Shown one piece after another: positions 29,216 through 39,949 of a stretch of 64,000 nt of DNA (positions within the stretch are counted from its first letter, which is position 1; each line of letters opens with the position of its first letter). The stretch comes from Yuukianura sp. NJ FZ-2021 (lineage: Eukaryota), in NCBI GenBank assembly GCA_046563655.1, contig CM102283.1, forward strand, positions 1,302,001 to 1,366,000, read 5' to 3'. The notes under the pieces were generated by a model that was given only the letters and a program-made list of their open reading frames with translations, made no database searches and was not told where the DNA came from. The translations under genes were made by a program, and so were the position numbers.

Positions 29216-29717
29216 CTTTACCGTATTTCTCCAAGTAGTAGACCAAAGTAAAACAACTCAACGCCTATTTTACGGTTGAATGTTATTGATATTTTTTGGG
29301 GATAAATGATTGTCGTCGTCGCATTATGTCTATGTGGATGTCTAATCAATTCATCATCTTTCCTCGAAATGATTTAAAATGGCATGGTTTCGGTTATCGT
29401 AACAGTGTTAATGGAATATTTAAGCTACTTTTTTTGTTCGATTTGCTTTTGAGATTTAGTCCATCGCTACGTCAAGGAAATCTCTTAATCTCAAAGGCAT
29501 GATGGAAATTGTAAAAATGGTTAAAAAAACTAATTAAAACCAAAACTTTGCTTAAGTATGAAACGAGACACATGGACAGGTTGTCAATTATTTAACTGAT
29601 TCAATTTTGATACGACATTACTGTATTAGTTGCGGTATGAATAACATCTTCATCAGCATTCCGAAATTTTGAACTGTATTATTCGTCAGTATTAGTGAGG
29701 TGGGCCAACAGTGAACA

Positions 29718-31258
29718 ATGTTGGGCAAAAGGTCGTTGAGGGCTTTTCGAAAAATTTTGAAAATTGCTAACTTTTTGCGCCTTAATACCATGGTTGTCAC
29801 TGGGAGTCGAGGAGAAACTGATGCGAAGATGGAATTAGTTGCAACGAATCCAACAACTTCGCTTTTGCGGAAATTTGAAATTTCGCGCCTCGGATTCAAG
29901 GTCATGATGGGTATGATTTTTGGAAATTTTATTTTCGGAGCAGTGCGGATCATCCAGTCGATCGCCTTTATGGACAAACCTTTTCAAAATATTATGTTTC
30001 AAGTGTTTGTCCAGAGTCTCAATCTTCTCTCATGTACAATCAATTATACAATGCTTGAGAGTATGGATGACTGGGCTTGGAACATCTCAGCATTCTTGGC
30101 CTTGGAGTATCGCTTGACGCGTAAAACAAATTTTTGGGTTTTGTTAAATTAAATTTTATCAATTTAGCGTGTGAACTAAATTTTTTCTTGAGATTTTGAG
30201 TAATTAACGTCTTTTCCCTCTCTCATAATTTTTTTAAACTTCATGCGCAAATTAATTTTAAACATTTTAGGAAGATATCAAATTCGACCAGTTGGCGACC
30301 GAGCCTTGAAGTATATAATATTCTTCACGGTTTGCTGTTTGGCCGAAATTCCTTCAATCATGATTTTATATTTGGCAAATATGGACAAACCTGTTTACCT
30401 CGGATCTTTACGGTATTATCTACCACTGGACTACGTGGTTACCAACTACTTCGCTTTTGTCGTTTTCTTTGTCCATGAACTTCTCATGTTATTGGGTACG
30501 GTTTGTGGGACACTCGTACTTTGCTACATGTATATTATGCTCTTACAAAGCGGTCGTTTCTGGCTAGAGGAACTTGGGTGAGTAAAAGTGCTTTTACGGT
30601 AAAATTAAAAAAAATTTTTTTTTAAATTTAAACCTTTAACATTAATCTTCATTTAAAAATCTTTTTCAAAATATTGATAGTACCATTTGCTATTTCTCTT
30701 ACTTTATTTAGTCCACATCGACACAAAACTACTAACCGAACACCGTCGACTTTGAAAAAATCTCATTCGACGCATAGTGACTTACGGACATTTCCGATTG
30801 CCTTGAACACTATTCACTCCTGGCAAATCCTGTTGACCTTCTACGACAAATGCGCAAGAAGCGCCATCATTGGTCAACATTTTGCCGTCCCTGCTGGACT
30901 CGTTACTTGTACTTTTTCCACAATTAAATTCTGGGGTTGGCACAACTTTGAATCCATCCCGGCCGCCCTCTCTTACCTCGTGTTTCCAGGAGGAACTGCT
31001 ATCTTCATTACCTGGATTGCTCTGGTTCAGCCTCAAATGGCAGCGATCTATGTCACTTCTACTCGCATGAAAAACAGGCTGTATACGAATTTAGAACGGG
31101 CGGAGCCACGGGAACGAGAATACCAACGACGCTGCATTCGGTCGCTGAGAAACATTCGCGTGGTGCTGGGCTCATTTTTCCATTACCAGACAACAACAAT
31201 GCCACAAGTTCTGGACGAGTGCGTTGACAACACGATCGATCTTCTGGTGGCATCTTAA
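29718..31258 (+). CDS. Gustatory-receptor-like chemoreceptor (cluster C copy 2), recent tandem duplicate
   Basis: Highly similar to copy 1 in all three exons and in ~80 bp of 3' flank. Confidence 0.75.
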
Positions 31259-31362
31259 CTTTACCGTAGTTCTCCAAGTAGTAGACCAAAGTAAAACAAA
31301 ACTCAACGTCTATTTTATGGTTGAATTTTATTGATATTTTTGTAATCTGTGGTTCCATAATT

Positions 31363-32504
31363 TTAGCTAGAATTAATCGATTTTTCCATGAGAGGTTCCT
31401 GTGAAGAGTCGGGAACTGGAGTAGTTGTGGTGATCGGTACCTCCGGAGTAGTGGTGACAGGTACCTCAGTTGTGGAGACGGATACATCAGTAGTAGTAAT
31501 GGGTACTTCAGTTGTAGTAGTCGTAAGCTCTGTCGTAGTGGTGGGTACCTCAGCAGTAGTAGTGATGGGTATCTCAGTTGTAGTGGTGGGTACCTCAGTA
31601 GTGGTAGTGATGGGTATCTCAGCTGTAGTGGTGGGTACCTCAGTAGTGGTAGTGGTGGGTATCTCAGTTGTAGTGGTGGGTACCTCGGTAGTGGTAATGA
31701 TGGGTATCTCAGCTGTAGTGGTGGGTACCTCAGTAGTGGTAGTGATGGGTATCTCAGTTGTAGTGGTGGGTACCTCAGTAGTGGTAGTGATGGGTATCTC
31801 AGTTGTAGTGGTGGGTACCTCAGTAGTGGTAGTGGTGGGTACCTCAGTAGTGGTAGTGGTGGGTATCTCAGTTGTAGTGGTGGGTACCTCAGTAGTGGTA
31901 GTGGTGGGTATCTCAGTTGTAGTGGTGGGTACCTCAGTAGTGGTAGTGGTGGGTATCTCAGTTGTAGTGGTGGATACCTCAGTAGTGGTAGTGATGGGTA
32001 TCTCAGTTGTAGTGGTTGGTACCTCTGTAGTGGTAGTGGTAGTTATCTCAGTTGTAGTGGTGGGTACCGTAGTGGTGGGTACCGCAGTGGTGGTGGTGGG
32101 TTGCTGAGTGGTGGCAGCAGTTGTTGTGGGTTTGACAGTTGTCGTCGTCACGTTGTGTGGATCCACCGGCGTTGGTTGCATTGCTACAAGCGTACAAAGA
32201 AAAGCCTTAAATTTTTCAAAAATCTGGTTTTTGAAATACAGAATTCCAAAATTCTGTCTTACAATGAGCAATTACGGTAGCCACAATTGCACAAACGGCA
32301 GCCACTGCTACCACTGCTCCCACAATCTTGGCAATCCGAATCCACTTGTCCCGCGAAGCAGGAGGTTCACTTCCGGGCAAAAGACGTTCTAAAATCACAA
32401 AATAAGGTTAAAATTTTTACTATTTCCAAAGTGAAGAAATAAAAAATTTCAACTTTCAATGCGTAAAATGCATTCGGTGTTGCTTTACCTTGATCTGAAT
32501 TCAT
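31363..32504 (-). CDS. Type II membrane mucin-like protein with Thr-rich TTTTEVP/TTTTEIP repeats, 3 exons
   Basis: MNSDQ|ERLLPGSEPPASRDKWIRIAKIVGAVVAVAAVCAIVATVIAH| (signal anchor) spliced in phase to the 31363-32183 repeat exon. Confidence 0.8.
31490..32097. repeat. Coding tandem repeat of alternating 21/24-bp units
   Basis: gggtatctcagttgtagtggt / gggtacctcagtagtggtagtggt repeated >20 times. Confidence 0.95.
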
Positions 32505-33749
32505 GTCGAAAATTACTCAATTTTCCGAAAAAATTACTAGTGTAACCTCTGACACTAACTTTTGTAATTGAGCGACGTTGTGATCTTCCTCTGTCCGTTC
32601 TGTTCTACAAGTGACTTTGGTCTTTCCTTGTTCTTCAGAAATGAGGTAAAGGAGACTATGTTCTGTTGGGGAATGAATAGAGAGATAAACTTTGCCTTGA
32701 TGGCAACGGAAAGGTCAAAAGGTCACCGGTTATTTCTTTATTCAGTTGACTTAGACGTGATACTCCAAGTCATTTTTCCAGAGAAATCCATGCCTGAAAA
32801 AATTTTAAACACAAAAAAACTAATCCTTCGGCATTTTAAAAGCTTTTGAAAATCTTTTTCAAAGGCTTTCAAAAATGCTGCTTCTTTTGTCAGTTTTCTT
32901 GAATAGGACTACTTTGAAAACAAAAATTTCCCCCAAATCCAGTTCTGAAAAATTTGTCACGTGACCTTGACCTGATGAGGTCAAGGGTCACCATTCACGT
33001 CAATATCACGCGCTGGACACAAATGCCGGATGCTGGCGCTTACATTCAAAGGAAATTTTTGATTCGATTGTTATGTATCATCATATCTACGTCATGTTAG
33101 TATGTAATATGACGTAGTGGAAAAGAAAAGTAAAATTCTGTGTCAGCGTAAGTGCATTTCCTGTAGAGCGAATTTCCATGTTAAGGAAATGAGTTGTGTC
33201 GAATTCGCGGGAGCATCTTTCTTTTTGGCGGCAAATTTGAAAAATCACGAAAATGGATTAAATGACTTCTGTACGTCACGTGGCGGAGTAAGTTCAAATA
33301 GCAGTTCAGTGTTTGCCAAAAATCATGCTTGTGATAACTGCTTTTGCACTTTAAGCTTTACGCCAAAAGGTGTGAAAGTGCGAATCTGCACAGGTTACGG
33401 ATTGATAATGGATTTGGACACAAGGACAACAAAAAATGATAGACACTCAAATCCTGGACAGACACAGTATCAGACACTGTGTGTTTCACCTTAGTCGGAA
33501 TTTTGCAAATGAGCAATTCCAGAAGGAAGTAATTTTTTTTAGCAATTTGTCAATTATTGATCTTCTTCCGCTCCATTTAAGACCTGGCGTCACACAATTC
33601 CGATTGGGACAGTTGACGAACGGTGCTTGATTGGAGAAGAGCCGAGTGCAAATTTTGTGCAAAGTTGCAAATTTTGTTTAAAAGGAGTAAATTTTTAACA
33701 TTTTTGAAAAAGTAAATGTAGAAATTGTAAGTTTCAAAAAACATTAAAG

Positions 33750-34797
33750 ATGAATTCTTCGGTAGTGAATTCGACTACTTCTTTGAGCGTGCCAACGGTA
33801 GCTCCAACAATCCAAACGTTTCCGTGTCCAGCGGAATTCAAAAAGTTTTACTGTTTGAACAACTCCAACTGCTTTGTCATCAAAATAGAAAACTCACTCA
33901 TCTACAACTGCGAGTAAGTTTAACTCCAAAAAAAAATTAAACATGGTACAAAACGTCAATGCTTAGCGTTGTCACTTTTTTTTCAAAATTTATTTGAAGC
34001 ATTTAAAAATTGAAAAACCCAATTCTCAGTAATTTTCGGAACAGATTTTGGTATTAAAGGTGTAAACGCCTTCACTCAAGCATTTTTTGATTTCGTCACA
34101 GGGATTTTGAAGGTTTAGAAGCTAATCTACTAAATACATACTTCAAAATAACAAAAGAATTTTTACGTAAACATTTAAACTGTAAGTTTCAAAGTTGGAA
34201 ATTAGAAGGATGTCATAAAAATCGAAATCAACCACTTCAAAAAAATAACACCAAGAAAATAAAATTAACTTAAAAACGATAATCCAAAATTAAAGTAGAT
34301 TCAAAAACTCTTTTTTAGATGTGACGATGGATATGTTGGCCAACGTTGTGAATTCAAAAATCTTGAACAATCCTACTTACGTAAGCCACATCGAAATGAT
34401 TACTTTAAAAAAAAAGTTTTTTTGTGTGTTTTTAAAAACAAAACTAAAGAAACTTACTAAAAAACGTTTAAAAAAATTCGAACAGGTCAACGGTACAATG
34501 CGATGCTCCAACAAGCTTCTCTCACGTCCGCCTTCATCGTTCTAATTATCCTAATTGTTCTTTTCATTCTCTACTTGTACATACGCCAAGGCAGGAAGCG
34601 AAGGAATAACAGACGAGCGTGAGTAGGAATTTCCAAATTTGAAAAATTCAAAATTTTGAAGAGAAAGTCATATTTTTTTTTGATTTTTTAGAACTTACTC
34701 TTCAGCTGAATTTCGTGAAACAATTTCCTACGAAACCGCCACTCCGAAAAGGCCAGAAGAAGAAATGAATCTCCCATTTACCAAACCCAACCGTTGA
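33750..34797 (+). CDS. TGF-alpha-like EGFR ligand (Spitz/Keren family), 4 small exons; 5' end uncertain
   Basis: Not in the ORF track. Spliced translation CPAEFKKFYCLNNSNCFVIKIENSLIYNCE|CDDGYVGQRCEFKNLEQSYL|RQRYNAMLQQASLTSAFIVLIILIVLFILYLYIRQGRKRR: six-Cys EGF domain plus Spitz-like juxtamembrane segment and TM. Confidence 0.88.
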
Positions 34798-36140
34798 ATC
34801 GAAATTTTCTCAAATTTAAAAACAAACTTTGTTAAAAAATTCAAAATTAAATTAGAAATGTTTTCTCTAGAAATACACATAATTTAGTTTTTTATAACAA
34901 AACAAAACCAAAATTTGAATTTAATCCCAAGGCAGTTGGCAAAAAGATTTGAATAATTTCAAATGACATTCTCTCATGTGGTTCACGAATCCTCTGAAAA
35001 TGCAGAAAAACACACCGGTGCTTTTGCAAAGTTTGAAAACTACAAAACTTTTTCAATAACAGAAACTTCAAAATTCTGACATTCAGGTTTTCAAATTCCC
35101 TCAAATGGTTAACCCTGTTGAAAACTTTCTTGTTTGCTTTTTTTCTCAGCTCAAAATCACATTCTGGTGCAAATCTTATCACTTTTTTTTCTCTAAACGA
35201 GAGGTTTTGAACCTCATCTTCAAAATTTTGAAGGAAGCTCTATGCTTTTTGAGTGCGTTTTTTTGTGAAAACTTTGTGTTATTTTGGGATAATCGTAAAG
35301 AGGGGGTGTGTGCTGAGCTGTCACTGCCAGACGCCACTTCACTTAGCATACTGCTCCACTTTCTCCGTTTCAAATTCACCCGCCGCCGTTTGTTAGGATA
35401 AGCCAACTTAACATTCTCCCGCACCTTAATTCCCGCCCGCCCATTTTATGGCCTCCACGCACAAAAAACAACGCACAAACCCTTGACAGTGAAAGAGGGC
35501 TGCAAGTAATGGACGGATTTTAAATGCAGTGGAACAGAACGCCTAATCCGATTGGACAGGAGAACAAAACGACTAATCTGATTGGTCCGGACAATGAGTT
35601 GGATCTTGAAAGACAATGAGTTGGATCTGGAGAAAATTAGGAGAAAGAACAATGGGAGTTGGAATTGGAAAAAGCACAAAAGACAAAACAAACTGCCCAT
35701 TCCACAGGAGGTTCACTAACTGAAACTAATTCTTCATTTATTCATGCATCACCAAGTCCATTGACTACTTCCTAGCCTAATCTCAACCTAACATTAGGCT
35801 AACAATTACAAAGAATAACCTAACATTATATACACTCACCAACTTTCCATTACTAACCTAAACTTCATCTGTTGTATGTGTGACCTAAAATCTATCGCTT
35901 CGCTTGAAAAATCTGAAAAGTTAGGCGAAAAAACCCGAGTGTATTTTTTTTTTGTATTTTCATGTTGCGCTGAATTTTCACTTTAGTTTTTTTTTAATTT
36001 CCTTGATCTCTCTGAACCAAGAGACTAAAAAGTAAAAAACAGATCCGAAACCTAACCTGATTCGAAGCCTAACGTAATCCTAACCTAACATAAGGAACAA
36101 ATGGGTTGCTTAATTATAAGAACCAGTGTAACTTAGGAAT

Positions 36141-38386
36141 TTAGCAGGAACAAGACGAAGTGCTCAGAGTGGGAAAGGACTGGAGAACAATAGACTCAAA
36201 GGAATCGACGTACAAAACGGAAAGACGGCGGAAGGACGCTGGTCTGCAACAGCCTTTTGAAAGTTCCCGCTTTTCTTCTTCAGTCCTCTCCTTCCGCCCC
36301 CATTTTCGGGGGAACGAGCGACCAGTCCCCCCGCCCCCACTTTCTTCCTAAAAGAAAGCCATGCAATCAGATTCAAACACAAAAGAACTCCCCCTCTCCG
36401 TCCATTTTGTCGGTTCTTAGAAAAGAAATCTCTTACGCAGGAAACAACTTCAGCCTCGTCCAATTTGTTCTCTGTTAGGTTCGCCTTTTTCCCAAAAACC
36501 ACAAATTAGTCCAAATTTTCAAAAGTTCAGTTTTGACAAAAAAAATCGGCTGGAAAAGTTCAAGTTCAGTTAAAAATTTTTCACCTGAGCACAAGAACCT
36601 CGGCAGTAGTTTTGTGGAAGCGTTGCAGGGGCTAAGATGCCTTCGGCCCATGGCAAATCAACAACAGAAATCGAATATTCTACCAACTTGCATTGTTCCA
36701 AAAGAGGCTACAAAAGTTAACAAACTGTTAGAGGTCAATGACCTTTCAGAGGTCAACGACTTTTCCGAGGTCAAAAAACTTAAACTTTAATGAACTTACT
36801 GGTGACAAGTTGATGGAGTTGAATTTTGCAGAATTTGGCTCGACAGCCATTGATCTGAGCGAACTTGTCATTTTCGAACGATTTTTAATTTTTATTTTTG
36901 ATTTTCGATTTTTTGACACTTTCTGTCTGAAAGTGTTCAAAGGTAAAATTCGATTGTCCACATCATCGTCATCTGTAGATCGCTTGACCCTTGTCCATGG
37001 ACTGATGTCATTTTCTTCTGATCTGATGTCGTTGACCTTTGACCTGAGGTCATTGACCTCTGGGCCGGCGCCGTCACTTGCATTGTTTGAAAAAATGAGT
37101 AGAAATGGTTTGTACAAAAGACGAACATGTTCGTCCAATGGTAGACTGTGGTACACTTCCCGTCCAGTTCCAAATTCTGGAATTACACCTTCCAGTCCCA
37201 CGCTAAGAGTCTCTCCCTTTCCTAGAATATGAAATCTGAAATTTAGATTTTCAATTTTTCGGGTTCTGAAATTTTGAAATTTTGAACAGACGGTATTTAT
37301 TCTTGATGATACTGGTGACATCGACTCTCTTCCAGCCTCTGCCTGTCGGAAGTGGAATCCTGTCAGTTGTTGTCACTTTTCTTCCGCCTCCTCCGACATG
37401 CTTCCGCACATTGCTGGACTCAAAAAATTTCAATCTGAGTTCCTTTCCTCCACGCCCCGCTTTTTTCCTGAAGATGTGTATCTCTGCTCGCCAAAAAATT
37501 TCGTCTGACAAGGACGTCAGGTTGAAATTTAAAATTTCCCGCCTTATTTTACCTGCAACAGAAAAGCATGTCACCCCAACAATCAACTGAAGTGTCAACC
37601 TCTTTTTCAAAGATATTTTTGTTGTAGGTTCAAGATATTCACTGATAGTACGTGACAATATTTAAATTTTTTTTTTTGAAATATATTTTTTCAAGAAAGT
37701 GAAGATTTTGGAGATTTTTTGAAAATGCGTTTCATAACAAGGTGATTGGGCGGGAAAGGATAAATGGGCTGTCAGAAGCAGTCGGTTTAGAGCCAGCTTA
37801 AGCTGCTCTCTTACCATTATTGCACTCTTTTGTGAAAGTCAAGACTTTCAACTCATGACAAAAAAATCAAAAAAAAAGTCCGACTTAAGAATGCTCATTC
37901 TTAGCTAGCACTAAATTTAAAAAAAAGCGGCGAAAGTGAAAGTTTGTGGCGGGAGTTTGAATGGGCGCAATTTCGGTGGCTTTAATAGCCACTTTTCTCC
38001 CCTTCAACCAATCAACTGTCTCATTCAACTCTCTTGCATTTTTCATTTTGAAATCAGAGCTTTTTGTGCAAAGTTTGAAAACTTTTTTTCAAAAACGTCT
38101 TTAAAAGTTGTTTCTTACCTAAAATACATCTGACCTTGAGTGGTGACCCCTGTTGACTTTTGCTGTCTTCACTGGCTTGTTTTTGGTACAACTCGATCAT
38201 AAATTTTGGCGGAAGTGGAAGTGAACTGAAACCTAGTTTTCCTTGAAATCCCGTTTGTTCTAAAACGGTTTGCAGTTGATTCAAACCTAGCGCCGTGTGA
38301 TCAAAACTTACTGCCAGCACTGAAACAATATTGGAAAACTGGATGACACACAGGATGACCCAGGTCAACCTCTGGTGACCTCTCAT
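36141..38386 (-). CDS. Divergent TGF-beta/BMP-family ligand precursor
   Basis: Signal peptide, PPKFMIELY and FNL..AEIHIF prodomain motifs, furin site RVKR; mature domain CKLVEYSISVVDLPWAEGILAPATLPQNYCRGSC (36585-36707) and CCRPASFRRLSVLYVD...CSC* (to 36141), seven cysteines. Confidence 0.88.
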
Positions 38387-39949
38387 CTTGGAAATGCAAA
38401 AGTCGTTGACCTTTAAAAAATTTATGTTACGTTCGCGCTGCTTGCCAGCGCTGATCTGATTCCACCGAGAAACTTTCCCCCGCTTTTGGCTTTGTCATTC
38501 ATCCAAACATTTTGTAGCATTGGTTGTGCGCAACTCTGTTAATAATCCGTTTTTTTTATTTTCAAAATGAAACACCAAATTTTAAAGATCCGTTCAAAAT
38601 TTAACACTTTAATTGGAAATACAAACTAAATTTTGAGGTTTCAACATGATCGGTAGGAAGTAGCTTGATCATGGAATCCAATTCTGCCAAAATCGTCCGC
38701 TCCATAAGAAAAATCTGAAAACCGAACTCCGCGACCAGAACAATTTTTGCCTTTGAACAGAATGACGCAGAGGCCGTTGGTGTCGATTGACGAAACTTTG
38801 TGGAGCGCCTGCGCTGGGATTCCGGTACAACTGGCTGGATTCGTTGGGACTTGAAGGTCCCATGCATCTCCTTAAATTGTTTGATGCAAGTATTCAAAAT
38901 ATCATAAAATGTTTAAATTAATACAAAAACTGATTTGAACAAATTTACTAAAACTTGCCGTGTGACAATCCTTGGTAAATCCGTACAGTTTGGGAATAAA
39001 ATTCTCCGTTTCCGCTCACTTGCCGCAGAGACAGTTTTTCACTCAACAGTGCTACCTGAGTTACATTTAAAAAAATTGGAATTAAATTTTTTTTACACAT
39101 ATTGGCAAGTATTGAAGTACGTAAGTCTCTACAAATTTAAGTCTTTAAAAATTACCTTTGTTTCCAAATTTCTTACTGTCAGGCTCTCAGATCTCAGCAT
39201 TGGCTCCTACATGAAATTGAAGAAAAATATCGGTTTCGGTCGTAAGTTTTAAAAGATTTGTGTAACAATAAATTTCAATGCGTATTTTCCATTGAATACA
39301 AATTGGTTTTGGATGGATTTGATGGTTTCCAGTTGGGCTGTCATCGACTTTTCCTAAAGTTATTTAAATATATATAAATAATTTAAAATTCTTATGTTTA
39401 TGTTAAAACATTACAGCAACAGCTTTAAAAGATTCTTCTATTCATCTTACAAAGGCTTGCTGTTCCATAATAACTCCTCGGACGATTTGAAATAATTGAT
39501 CGGTTACAGATTCGTAGCTGGCGCTACGCGGCACTGCTGCTGGCATCGCACAAATCTGAGTAGTTTAGAAAAAAAAATTTTTTTTAAATGCTGAATTTTG
39601 TATTTTTTTTTATACTCAACTAGTCTTACCGTGGGCACCAATACTATAAACCCAAACATAGTGTCAAAGGTCATACTGATCTCAAGTATAGAAAAAAAGT
39701 TTACCAAAAGAGAAATGAACGTGATAGGAGTGAATTGGTTATGGGATTGTAAAGCAAGAAACATGTGGATGTTGCAGGAGGTCGTTGACCTTTAGGTTCA
39801 TATGTTATTCAAACCACCAGACGCGCTAAAACTACTGTGCTTATTAAAGTTAATTCATGAATATTTCCAATCCATATGAATATTAATTAGTTATTGATTA
39901 CTAATTGATTTTAATTTTGATTTCTATTAGTATCTTTGTAAAAAATTTA

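Noticed and set aside
31388-32392. Val-rich + strand ORFs (239 aa and 94 aa)
   Set aside because: Antisense shadow of the Thr-rich mucin, which has proper splice sites and a signal anchor.
34892-35700. Several short ORFs between the EGF and BMP genes
   Set aside because: No motifs or convincing splice structure; probably UTR or intergenic.
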